Below are positions 1-9,300 of a stretch of DNA of 62,220 bases, piece after piece; within the stretch, counting starts at the first letter, position 1, and each line of letters begins with the position of its first letter. Under the pieces are notes generated by a model, which was given only the letters and a program-made list of their open reading frames with translations, was not told where the DNA came from and did not search any database. The stretch comes from Candidatus Thorarchaeota archaeon. GTDB lineage: Archaea; Asgardarchaeota; Thorarchaeia; Thorarchaeales; Thorarchaeaceae. A program made the position numbers and the translations under genes. The DNA lies in the NCBI GenBank assembly GCA_048882385.1, contig JBHLRQ010000005.1:1-62220 (forward strand), written 5' to 3'.

Positions 1-1643
1 TCCGCAGCATGAAGGTTCTCAAGAATCCGTGACATTATGAATTTGACACCATGTTGAAGCTGAGAACTCAGTTGAAATTGAATCATATACTTGACATTGT
101 TGAGTAACGCAAGGGTCTTGTTTCGTAATTCTCCAACCTCTTCATCCTCTGCCTCCAGACTGAGTAATATACCCAAGCTGTTCAGACCTTCTCGAATCTC
201 ATCAAGAGCATCTGCAGGTTTGGAAGCCATTACCAACGAGGCATCATCGAGAGACTTGCTTACATCCTGAATGAGTCCAGTCTTTCTCAGGTCCTTTGCA
301 AATACAATCTGGTCAATTAAGCCACTTATTTCTGCAGCTTTTCCTCTCTTTTTCTTCAGTTGATCTCTTACGAAAGTGTAGGTTTTCATTTCTTCCTTAA
401 TTGCACTAGTCAATTCACGCGTTTTTGCAAGTTCCTCGGCCTTCTCTAGGTGCTTGAAAATATCCTTCAAGACCAGATTTGCCTCGGTCTTATTATTCAC
501 TTTAATTAATTCCTTTAGTGTCTGTACACTTGCTTCCACACTACAGAACAGGGACTGTGCTTTCTTCTGCTCTTTGTCTAGCCTAGATTGCTCAGCATTG
601 GGTTGAAGTGCAATGACCTCGCGAAAACATTTCTCCGCCCGACCAAATGCATCAGATGCTACTTGATAGAGTTTGGATGCATCCTCCAAATTGCCTGCAC
701 GCATTTGCGCATCTGCAATATCGTTGTAAGTCATCGCTAGATAGACTTCGCTGAGCCCAGCTGTATTCTGTTTCCATGATTTAATCATGGAAAGTCTATC
801 TTTGTGTTCTTTTTTCTTCTTGAAATGTGGAATCGCCTCGTTGTAGAGGTCTGTTGCCTGCTCAAAGATGAATGAACTGATGATGTCTCTCCACAATAGT
901 TCATCGAAAGGATTGAAAGCCTGTCTAAATGTACTCTCTAGTCCAATTAGCTCATTAAGGAACTCATCATAGAATTCAGCCTCAGCACTCTTATTTTTCC
1001 CTAGGATGGATGTGAGTTCATCGTCATCTGCTTCATGACTCTCTTTCAAAAGATTGTACGCCTGAACACCTAAGGCAACACGTCTGAGCTTTTGAGTGCC
1101 ATCTACTTTCTGAGGTATTGCAGAGAATGGCTTCTCAAGCATGGTATATACTGCAGCCAAGTGTTTCGAAGCGCTCTGTAATTTGTGTGCATCCTCTTCA
1201 ACGACAAATGGACCGCTCGCGGCTGCTGCTTGATGTAGCCATGCCATGACCCTTGCCATCCAAACATCTGCTAAGTTCTTCTGAGATTCTGCGAGGACTT
1301 CCTCTAGAGCATTTTCAAGCTGCTCCTTAATTTCTCCGTCACTCTGAGCAATACGATTTCGCAGATAAGCAATATCAAAGTCACCTATCATGATCTGTTC
1401 GTTGAAAGAAGCTATTGAGTTGTATAGCTCTGTAAATGCATCATGCATTTCCATTCGTTTACTTTCCAATCCTTCTCTATCATCTATGTCGTGAAGAGCA
1501 AACTCCCTAACAGCGTCTTGCGCTTTGATGTTCAGCTCAAATAGAAGACTAGTATAGATGATAGTATCATCTGTATCTAATTCAGCATCATGACTATCAT
1601 CCTTCTTCTTCTTTGAGCCTGAACCTGGCAGAACGTTACTCAA
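1..1643 (-). CDS. Large alpha-helical (TPR/solenoid-like) hypothetical protein, truncated at window start
   Basis: Absent from the ORF track because it runs off the edge. Manual minus-strand reading gives an open frame from TTG at 1643 (AGGAGA RBS 1651-1656): MSNVLPGSGSKKKKDD... to ...ILENLHAA. Helical, with a TPR-like segment AQMRAGNLEDASKLYQVASDAFGRAEKCF. Confidence 0.75.
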   Translation of the reverse strand, partial: MSNVLPGSGSKKKKDDSHDAELDTDDTIIYTSLLFELNIKAQDAVREFALHDIDDREGLESKRMEMHDAFTELYNSIASFNEQIMIGDFDIAYLRNRIAQSDGEIKEQLENALEEVLAESQKNLADVWMARVMAWLHQAAAASGPFVVEEDAHKLQSASKHLAAVYTMLEKPFSAIPQKVDGTQKLRRVALGVQAYNLLKESHEADDDELTSILGKNKSAEAEFYDEFLNELIGLESTFRQAFNPFDELLWRDIISSFIFEQATDLYNEAIPHFKKKKEHKDRLSMIKSWKQNTAGLSEVYLAMTYNDIADAQMRAGNLEDASKLYQVASDAFGRAEKCFREVIALQPNAEQSRLDKEQKKAQSLFCSVEASVQTLKELIKVNNKTEANLVLKDIFKHLEKAEELAKTRELTSAIKEEMKTYTFVRDQLKKKRGKAAEISGLIDQIVFAKDLRKTGLIQDVSKSLDDASLVMASKPADALDEIREGLNSLGILLSLEAEDEEVGELRNKTLALLNNVKYMIQFQLSSQLQHGVKFIMSRILENLHAA

Positions 1644-1734
1644 CGGACAATCTCCTGAAATTGCGACCCGTCATGTAAGGAGGTCTAACTCCCACTTAAG
1701 AGTACTTACGCCAGATGATTTGTATTAATTTAGA

Positions 1735-2112
1735 TTACTCTTCAGCTGCTCTAAATCTGATTGAACGTCCATCTCTAAACTTCACGAGATGGCCTTCTTC
1801 AACAAGCTTGTTCAGAACTTCACTGGTCCTAGAACGAGACCTTCCCCATTTCTCAGCAAGCTCAGTGGCTGTAAGACCCATATCTTCCTCGTGTAGAAGA
1901 TTGACCAATCTGTTCCAACTGACATCGCCCTCTAAAACAGAACTTCTTGTACCAAATACATTGTATTGTCCAGAATCAAATGGAGATCCTGCATCTGTTC
2001 TGTCCTTTATTCTACTCGTCAATTCAATGATAGTGTCTTTTAGTGTATACACTGTGTGTCTGAGTTCTTGTACTTCTTTTCGAAGTTCTCTCAATTCCTT
2101 TTCATCAGCCAT
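1735..2112 (-). CDS. Winged-helix (MarR/ArsR-like) DNA-binding protein with N-terminal coiled coil
   Basis: LTATELAEKWGRSRSRTSEVLNKLVEEGHLVKFRDGR is an HTH plus wing; heptad ELRELRKEVQELRHTVYTLKDTIIEL; start moved to ATG 2112 behind a GGAGG RBS. Confidence 0.75.
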   Translation of the reverse strand: MADEKELRELRKEVQELRHTVYTLKDTIIELTSRIKDRTDAGSPFDSGQYNVFGTRSSVLEGDVSWNRLVNLLHEEDMGLTATELAEKWGRSRSRTSEVLNKLVEEGHLVKFRDGRSIRFRAAEE

Positions 2113-2126
2113 TATTAGCCCTCCTC

Positions 2127-2465
2127 TCAAGTCGTTATGTAGTCCGGACGGAATTCTATATAGTTCCGCCTCTTTTTCTTTTTCTCAAAACTCTCCTTAA
2201 TATCAGCAGCTTCAAACTCCAATTTTTCTGTGGTTTGATAAGATTCCATCTCATCAAGATCTGCTGTTTTAGCTTGATCTCCAGGAAGTAAATTGGTGGT
2301 GCCATTGTTCAAATTCTTCTCAAAAGACTTTGTAGCAGACACCGAAGAAGTAAACTCAACCATCTTGTATTCTGCCTTTTCCATTTGAAGAATTTCTTCT
2401 ATAATCTCTCTTGTCTTCCTCGAACAAGATTTACGTTTATGATGATATGACACTGTGTCCGACAA
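2127..2465 (-). CDS. Hypothetical charged protein, likely co-transcribed with the wHTH gene
   Basis: 112-aa ORF ending just upstream of the wHTH RBS; no recognised motif. Confidence 0.5.
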   Translation of the reverse strand: MSDTVSYHHKRKSCSRKTREIIEEILQMEKAEYKMVEFTSSVSATKSFEKNLNNGTTNLLPGDQAKTADLDEMESYQTTEKLEFEAADIKESFEKKKKRRNYIEFRPDYITT

Positions 2466-2468
2466 CCG

Positions 2469-2492
2469 TCAACAATAATCAACAATCAACAT
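2469..2492. promoter_or_regulatory. Three TCAACA direct repeats between a TATA-like box and the start codon; candidate operator
   Basis: TCAACAAT 2469-2476, TCAACAAT 2479-2486, TCAACAT 2486-2492; minus-strand TTATAT box at about 2511-2516. Confidence 0.4.
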
Positions 2493-2543
2493 ATTAATCA
2501 TTTTTTACCCATATAAGGATATCCTTGCATGGATTTTGTGCTA

Positions 2544-3326
2544 TTAGTCCGATGATACCATGGTCCGAGCGAATGTCATATAGCCTGTATGAGCTACCAT
2601 CCACGTGGTGGGTCGCGTCTTATTCTCACGAACCATAATTTCTCGTTGAAGGACTTCGAGTGTTTTTATCATGCCCCACTTTCCATCTTGAGCAAGTGCT
2701 GAACATGTCTTCATGGTCTGCTCTATTGTAGGACTATAACTTGCAATGAAACGACTAGGTCGGAGGACCCGATGAACCTCATCAGTAAGTTCCCATGGTG
2801 TGGCCAGATCAAGTACAACAGCATCAAGGTTGTCTTCATTGATTCCATCTAGAATGTCCTGATTGTACATCGTGACATTATCGGCGAGTCCATACTTCTC
2901 AAGGTTCTTCTTTGCACCATTGTACATGTCCTCTCTGATTTCATAGGTGTACACATGCCCAGAGGGACCTACTGCTCTTGCAAGAATGCCAGTCAGTGCG
3001 CCAGAACCGGTGCCAGATTCAACGATTCTGGAGCCTGCTCCTATACCCGCCTCGACGAGAATTACCCCAGCATCTTTTGGGTACACAATCTGTGTGTTTC
3101 TTCCCATCGCGATCTGGATGTCTGTGGGACTTGGTCTATGAATTTGGAATATCGTACCTGAATGACTCTCGATCCTTATTCCATATGGTTTCCCGATGAT
3201 GTCGTCATACTTGATGATTCCTCTGTTTGAATGGAACTCCTCACCAGCAGAAACTTTACGGATCCAGTTCCGCTTGGCATCCAGGAATATGAAGACATGA
3301 CTGCCATCTTGAATCTGGTCTTGCAT
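2544..3326 (-). CDS. trmI: tRNA (adenine-N1)-methyltransferase, GCD14/TrmI family
   Basis: TQIVYPKD, ESGTGSGALT SAM motif, LDLATPW, YSPTIEQ, RP...HTGY. Confidence 0.93.
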   Translation of the reverse strand: MQDQIQDGSHVFIFLDAKRNWIRKVSAGEEFHSNRGIIKYDDIIGKPYGIRIESHSGTIFQIHRPSPTDIQIAMGRNTQIVYPKDAGVILVEAGIGAGSRIVESGTGSGALTGILARAVGPSGHVYTYEIREDMYNGAKKNLEKYGLADNVTMYNQDILDGINEDNLDAVVLDLATPWELTDEVHRVLRPSRFIASYSPTIEQTMKTCSALAQDGKWGMIKTLEVLQREIMVRENKTRPTTWMVAHTGYMTFARTMVSSD

Positions 3327-3450
3327 GAAGTGTCACTGCTGGATTCATGTTTTGAGTGTTGCTGACCCCTCTTTTTAGCGGATAAATAGAATCGCGCGAA
3401 GCTACAAAGCTTTATCCGAAGTCAGATTTGAGTCGTCTAGAGGTGCTCGT

Positions 3451-5637
3451 TTGAGAAAGCCATCCACGCCAGATGAAGATGAAATCGATGCCGCCCGTGT
3501 TGCAGACCAGCCAGTTGAACTCCTACCAAAGTCTGCTTTACCCTACCATCCACGAGTTGGCGATCAACTTGACCTTCTAGTAGACCTCAGTGTTGGTGTT
3601 GTCCTGGGTCGTTCAGAGTCATTCCACCGTAAGTACTACACAGGTGGTCTTGGAACTATTGGAGGAATCGCAGAAACTTCAGACGACATTCTAACTTCTC
3701 TCATGGGAATGCCAGTCAACCTTGACCTGATGGGTCCACATGTGATGTTTGTTGCAGGAAAGAGAGGATCAGGAAAGAGCTACACTCTAGGAATTATAGC
3801 TGAGGAGCTTGCTCTTGCTATGGAACGTAGGGAGATTGAGGTTGCAGCTGTTGTTGTTGATACTGTCGATGTCTTCAGACAAATGGTTGAGCCAAACGAT
3901 GAACAGACTGATCTTTTGAAGAAATGGGGACTTGAAACCAAGGGATTTCCAGTTGCGGTCTACATTCCTCGTCAAACATTCGTGGGGCTTCCGGACGAAG
4001 TCAAAAAGAAAGCTCGGCTATTCCCATTATCCATTGGACCCCGAGAACTTACGGTTTCAGATTGGGGTTATGTGCTCGAGAAAGGAGGTTCTCTAAGTAC
4101 TACGATGGAGAATCTCATTGGGGAAACCCTTGATAGTATTCGCAAGGGTTACACACTTGATTCAGGTGAGAAGGTGCCGCTGAAGCGTGATTTCAGTATC
4201 AAAGAAATGATCAGGTGCATTGAAACCAATCCTCAGATAATCGAGCTATACAAACCATCAACACGGACCGCATTAATTCAGAGATTGAAACGAGCTGATA
4301 GACTTGGAGTGTTTTATCCTGGAGGAACAAGCGCTCAAGACCTCGCAGTTGCTGGCCAGATAACAGTCATTGATGTTGCACCTCTGGGATCTGATGCAGA
4401 GGCTGTTCTAGCCATCCTCACTAACATGCTTTGTCGTCAAGTTCTTACATATAGGATGGCTTGGACTGATGAGGGGACAAGTGCTCGTGAGGAACTACCT
4501 CCGACTTGGCTAATCATTGATGAGGCTCATACCCTTGTTCCTAGGTCTGGACATACACCTGCAAAAGATGCCATTATTGGATATGCAAAACTTGGTCGTA
4601 GATTCGGATGCAGCTTGGTTCTGTGCACACAACAACCATCTGCAGTTTCAGATGATGCGATTTCCCAAGCGGACATCATCCTTTCACATTCGCTGTCTCA
4701 CGACAATGATATTCGAGCACTACAACAGAGAGCTCCTGCTGTAATGCCTGAACAATTCCGTGACAAAGTCTTCATTAGTAGTCTTCCACGTGGAGTGGCT
4801 CTAGTTTTTGATCAGAGTACTGAGAACAAACGTGGATTCATCATGCAGGTGAGACCTCGACTCTCACAACACGGAGGTACTGATAGACTCTCAGGTCTTT
4901 TTGAAGCTGTACGTTTACTCATCCCTGAAGATGCTGAGGAAGAATCCGAACTCGCTGAAGAAGTTGAAGTCGAACCTGAGGAAATAGTTGAAAAACTGGA
5001 GGCGGAAGTTGTTGAAGAACTCCCAGAGGTTCCGAGACCTCCCCTGAAACTCAGTAAGGAAGACTGGAAAGTTCTGGATGGATGGATGAAGGACTACATC
5101 AAGACACTCTTTGACCAGGAGAAGCAAGAGTATGACATCACTGATGAACCTGCTCCCCGCATTGAGGAACCCCCACCAGCGCTAAAGTCAACTGACATGG
5201 AATGGGACCTTGAACGAGTGCCAATCACCGAGCTTGATGTTGACCAGATACGGATTCGGAAATTCGGACCACTCTCCGCATTACTTCTCGGAAAAGCCAT
5301 GACACGACAGGTCCTGTATAGTCGTGCCTCACATGAGTTTCTGTTCTCATCAGAGAAGGATGTGCGGGAAACTCTACTGATAGAACGAGAGGGTGTCGAC
5401 TCACTTACTTTGATTGAAGACGTAACATCTGGGCTTCTCTCTGCTGGTATGTCACTGGATGAATTGATCCATGAGAGTGATTTCACCTTTGTCTGTTTTA
5501 GAATGGATGGATTGCGTGCGGCATTTACGGTGGGTATCAGTGAAGACATGGTTTCAGTACCAATTGTCGTGATTGGCGAAAATCGGAGTGCTGTTGGCAA
5601 GCTTGCTGGCCGTATCAGAGGAATTCTGCCCTCTTAG
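3451..5637 (+). CDS. HerA/FtsK-like (DUF87) P-loop ATPase with acidic linker and extra C-terminal domain
   Basis: Walker A GKRGSGKS, Walker B IIDEAH, GRRFG arginine motif, TQQPS. Confidence 0.85.
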   Translation: MRKPSTPDEDEIDAARVADQPVELLPKSALPYHPRVGDQLDLLVDLSVGVVLGRSESFHRKYYTGGLGTIGGIAETSDDILTSLMGMPVNLDLMGPHVMFVAGKRGSGKSYTLGIIAEELALAMERREIEVAAVVVDTVDVFRQMVEPNDEQTDLLKKWGLETKGFPVAVYIPRQTFVGLPDEVKKKARLFPLSIGPRELTVSDWGYVLEKGGSLSTTMENLIGETLDSIRKGYTLDSGEKVPLKRDFSIKEMIRCIETNPQIIELYKPSTRTALIQRLKRADRLGVFYPGGTSAQDLAVAGQITVIDVAPLGSDAEAVLAILTNMLCRQVLTYRMAWTDEGTSAREELPPTWLIIDEAHTLVPRSGHTPAKDAIIGYAKLGRRFGCSLVLCTQQPSAVSDDAISQADIILSHSLSHDNDIRALQQRAPAVMPEQFRDKVFISSLPRGVALVFDQSTENKRGFIMQVRPRLSQHGGTDRLSGLFEAVRLLIPEDAEEESELAEEVEVEPEEIVEKLEAEVVEELPEVPRPPLKLSKEDWKVLDGWMKDYIKTLFDQEKQEYDITDEPAPRIEEPPPALKSTDMEWDLERVPITELDVDQIRIRKFGPLSALLLGKAMTRQVLYSRASHEFLFSSEKDVRETLLIEREGVDSLTLIEDVTSGLLSAGMSLDELIHESDFTFVCFRMDGLRAAFTVGISEDMVSVPIVVIGENRSAVGKLAGRIRGILPS

Positions 5638-5703
5638 AACAGTTATGCCCTTAATGCTCGGCCTTATAAGCCCCTAAGCAAGTCTGCGTCTTGGTGCAAG
5701 GAA

Positions 5704-6063
5704 ATGACTCGGGAAGATATTCAACCTCCTGTCAACCTCAAAATCGCTACAATGACAGATTTAGCGAGAATGCTGGTGTCTTGGTCACAGAGAGACCGAC
5801 CCGCAAGCATGTTGTATTTTGAGCACAATGGAAAGCACATCTATGGGACTCTTATATCCAATCATGGTTACTTTGAACACTACGGATTACCACTCTGGGT
5901 CCATGCAGAAGGTGATGGTCCGCCAGAGGGGAGCTTCTTGGCTTATAGGGCTCGTCCGAAGGAAACCCTAGACTGGGTTGAATCCCTAGAAGGAGCTGAA
6001 CCACAGACAGTCCATCTACCAATCATCAAGCTCGCCAATAAACTTGAAATTCTTGACGTCTAA
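5704..6063 (+). CDS. Small conserved archaeal protein (resembles the 'cren protein' family)
   Basis: DLARML...YFEHYGLPLW...LPIIKL pattern recalled from that family; not verified by search. Confidence 0.5.
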   Translation: MTREDIQPPVNLKIATMTDLARMLVSWSQRDRPASMLYFEHNGKHIYGTLISNHGYFEHYGLPLWVHAEGDGPPEGSFLAYRARPKETLDWVESLEGAEPQTVHLPIIKLANKLEILDV

Positions 6064-6217
6064 AATGATTGATTATTGGTTACATGCCCTCAATTAAACG
6101 AAAACTCCCCCTCCTACCACGATTTGTCAACCCTGATGTCCACCTTCAATTTGAATCGCTAGACTCTTATCAAAGCTCATCTATATTCATGGTTGTTCGT
6201 ATTGGCGAGGGGAGACG

Positions 6218-7681
6218 ATGCCAGAAGACGAAGAAAGACCTGAAATAACTGACAAGATCCCAGCTGCGTTCAAGGAGGAATATGACCGACTAAAGGCAGA
6301 GCTTAATCGTGTCATTCCTGCAAAGAAGACGGATTCAAACATCCTGATAGCAACCTGGAACATCAAAGAGTTTGGAAGTTTCAGAGATGAATGGGTGACC
6401 AAGACCGGTGATACTCCAAAACGGAATGTGCGTTCACTGAAGTACATCACTGAGATTGTATCGAGGTTTGATGTAGTCGCAATCCAGGAGGTAACAGGGA
6501 ATCTCAGAGCCTTGAGACATATGCTTGAAGCTCTCGGTCCAGATTGGAGCCTCATGATGAGCGATGAGGTGAGAGGAACACGAGGCAACAAAGAACGCTT
6601 TGCATATGTCTTTGATACACGAAGAGTCAAACTGTCCGGTCTGGCGGGAGAGTTAGTCATACCCACCGAAACAATGACCAAAGTAGTAGAAGAGGAAGGC
6701 GAGAAGAAGAAAAAGAAGTTAGAGTTCCCAATTGAAAAGCAGTTTGCACGAACTCCGTACGCTGTTGGTTTCAAGACTCTGAACAAGACGTTCGTCTTAG
6801 TTACGTTTCACATCATCTTCGGTAAGGAGAGTGATAATGTAAAGCAGGTTAAAGAACGAGCAAAGGAGCTTCTTGTTATCGCTGAATGGCTCGCTGATTG
6901 GGCTACAAGAATTAACAAGTGGGAGCATAACTTGATAGTTCTTGGAGATTTCAACATCGACCGGGAAGGCGACAAGCTCTATGAGGCGTTCGTTGGTGGC
7001 GGATTGGACATACATCCGCACTTTCACAACCTTCCTCGAACAGTCCATGACTTAGACAACCCTCCTGACAAGAAGAAGTACTATGATCAGATAGCCTGGT
7101 TCATGGATAATGATGACAAACCAGCTCTTTCCATGAGATTCATGAAGGGCGGCTACTTTCAGTTTTGGCCCTGTGTGTTTGACAATCTCACGGAATCAGA
7201 AGTAGAGTGGCGAATGTCAGACCACTTTCCCCTATGGGCTGAATTCGAGGTGGATCCGGAAGAAGAGGAGGTTATCCCAACACTCCCCGTACCTTCTCAG
7301 GCAGATATTGACCGTAAGAAAGCAGACCGTGACGCATGGATTCGAGTGGCACAGACTTTAACTGAGCTAGAGAACGCCTATATCCTGTACATGGCTGATG
7401 CAGCAGGAAGCGGGTGGACTGTAGAACGCAAAGCGGACGAGTATCTGATGCAGTGGGTTTACAAGAAGCAAATTGTAGAGAAATTTGCTGAAATGTTGAA
7501 AGCCTCTAAGGATAATCTGAGCATCCCTTGCGACAATGCTAAGGAACTACTCTCTGTGACCAAATCGATACTTGAAGCAAAACCCGATGAAGACAAGAAA
7601 ACATTGGTGACGCTAAATGACCTGAAGACATCTATCAGACAGATGAACAAGTGGCCATTCTTGAGGAGGTGGTGTAGATAA
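6218..7681 (+). CDS. Endonuclease/exonuclease/phosphatase (DNase I-like) protein with about 140-aa helical C-terminal extension
   Basis: IATWNI, AIQEV, LGDFNID, YYDQI and SDHFPL catalytic motifs. Confidence 0.88.
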   Translation: MPEDEERPEITDKIPAAFKEEYDRLKAELNRVIPAKKTDSNILIATWNIKEFGSFRDEWVTKTGDTPKRNVRSLKYITEIVSRFDVVAIQEVTGNLRALRHMLEALGPDWSLMMSDEVRGTRGNKERFAYVFDTRRVKLSGLAGELVIPTETMTKVVEEEGEKKKKKLEFPIEKQFARTPYAVGFKTLNKTFVLVTFHIIFGKESDNVKQVKERAKELLVIAEWLADWATRINKWEHNLIVLGDFNIDREGDKLYEAFVGGGLDIHPHFHNLPRTVHDLDNPPDKKKYYDQIAWFMDNDDKPALSMRFMKGGYFQFWPCVFDNLTESEVEWRMSDHFPLWAEFEVDPEEEEVIPTLPVPSQADIDRKKADRDAWIRVAQTLTELENAYILYMADAAGSGWTVERKADEYLMQWVYKKQIVEKFAEMLKASKDNLSIPCDNAKELLSVTKSILEAKPDEDKKTLVTLNDLKTSIRQMNKWPFLRRWCR

Positions 7682-8106
7682 TGAAGGAAAAGCAACCCAA
7701 GAGTGTGGATGTAGGAGAAATATCTTGGGAGGTCTTTAGTATTGAATCGCTGGAGGACCTGTGTTTCTACGAGGCCGGTTATGTTGGTGGAATCAGAATT
7801 GGCGACAAAGTAATCTTCCTCCTAAAGTTCATTGTTGACACCAAAATATCAGTGCCAAGATTCATGCTATTCAATGCTGGAGCTGAATACCATCTTCCAC
7901 AGAATGGTACTCCCATGAGCAAGAAGGAGTTTAATGATCTTGTCAGATTCTTTTTGGGAAAGGATGGTTGGGAAGCTGTGACGAATGCAATGTTCGAACA
8001 GGTGAAGGACTTTAAGCCGTCAAAAGAAACCAGTAAGAGATGTAAAAAATATCTGGCAAGTCTATACGATTCATCTAGAGATGACAATAGTTCAACTAAG
8101 AAGTGA
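7681..8106 (+). CDS. Hypothetical protein translationally coupled to the nuclease
   Basis: Start overlaps the nuclease stop (TAATG); GGAGGTGG RBS upstream. Confidence 0.6.
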   Translation: MKEKQPKSVDVGEISWEVFSIESLEDLCFYEAGYVGGIRIGDKVIFLLKFIVDTKISVPRFMLFNAGAEYHLPQNGTPMSKKEFNDLVRFFLGKDGWEAVTNAMFEQVKDFKPSKETSKRCKKYLASLYDSSRDDNSSTKK

Positions 8107-8499
8107 CTGTTCCATATTCCATTCTATGCTGGGTTCTTTTGAACAAGCTGTAATGATTAGCACCTTTCACTCAGATCTGCACAATATCCTACCCTTGTAA
8201 ATAGAAGATGTTACAAGCTTAAGTCAAATCATCAGCCAATATCTTGCCATCTGTTACTACTAGAAAATTGACGTCAGGAATCTGTCCCTGTCAAACACAC
8301 TATTGATTATCAATTTTTTAAACATTGATTATGAACAAAATTTTTTCCGGGTTTCAAACTCTAGATTTTCTCTGTCTATTAGGCTCTCTAGATTGGATTG
8401 ACACTCTTGAATGTCTCTAACCAATGACAGATCTTTTACCAATTATTGAGATAACTCTGATATCTGAAAATCAGGATCCATAATTTCTGAATCTATTAG

Positions 8500-9234
8500 C
8501 TAGACTGAATCCGTTTTCCCAATAGGACATACATCCATGCATCTTGTGCATTCGATAAAGCTGTTTGGCGAAAGCCTAGGTTGGAGCTTCTGATCTTTTT
8601 GCCTAACAGATTCAGGAACGTCGTTTGCCGCAGGACTCTCAGAAGAGTATACAATGCAGTTGGTGATATTCAATCGATATGGTTCAATCGCTTTTGTTGG
8701 ACACGCCTTTATGCATCTCTCGCAGTCCCCGCATACATCATCCTCATATGGTGCATCGATATCAAGCAAAGCATCCGTTAGGACTGCAATCAACTTGACT
8801 CTGGGACCAAACTCTGGAGATATCAAGAGAGTGTTTTTTCCCTGGGCTCCTAGACCACACCTGACAGCCGCAGTTTTTAGCGGAATGTCGCTTGACCATT
8901 TGGCTTCAAACCCTCTCCGATGCAAGAAATCTACAATGACCCATGCCTTATTCTTCATAATTTCTTCAGAAAAGTAATAGCTCTCAAAACGAGAGTTGCC
9001 TTCAGACCCAACTGGGGCATCTACATTCAAATTAAACGTTCTATCCCAGGAATGCCATGCAAGAAGAATAACCGATTTTACGTTCTGAAGAATTTCTTCA
9101 GGTGTATCTAATTTACGAATCTCTCTAACCCAACCGTATGGCAAATTCCGGAGCATCTTCGGTGTTGAGATACCAACTGAAACGAATCCACAGTTATGTG
9201 CGATTTCTTTAAGCTCTATTGATAATGTTGACAT
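8500..9234 (-). CDS. QueG/reductive dehalogenase-like cobalamin and 2x[4Fe-4S] protein
   Basis: LKTAAVRCGLGAQGKNTLLISPEFGPRV; CGDCERCIKACP and C...CTRCMDVCP cluster motifs. Confidence 0.82.
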   Translation of the reverse strand: MSTLSIELKEIAHNCGFVSVGISTPKMLRNLPYGWVREIRKLDTPEEILQNVKSVILLAWHSWDRTFNLNVDAPVGSEGNSRFESYYFSEEIMKNKAWVIVDFLHRRGFEAKWSSDIPLKTAAVRCGLGAQGKNTLLISPEFGPRVKLIAVLTDALLDIDAPYEDDVCGDCERCIKACPTKAIEPYRLNITNCIVYSSESPAANDVPESVRQKDQKLQPRLSPNSFIECTRCMDVCPIGKTDSV

Positions 9235-9300
9235 GTTTCTCTCAAAATATTGATTTTATTTTGACTTTCAGCCGTCACATGTCGGTAGTGATAGAGTAGA

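Noticed and set aside
1715-2200. Plus-strand 161-aa ORF and the many other short antisense or nested ORFs in the track
   Set aside because: They are shadows of well-supported genes on the opposite strand or another frame; Ser-rich and without motifs
8107-8499. AT-rich gap with short inverted repeats (CTTGTAA..TTACAAG, ATTGATTATCAAT) as a possible ncRNA, MITE or pseudogene
   Set aside because: No terminal repeats with target duplication, no recognisable coding remnant or RNA fold
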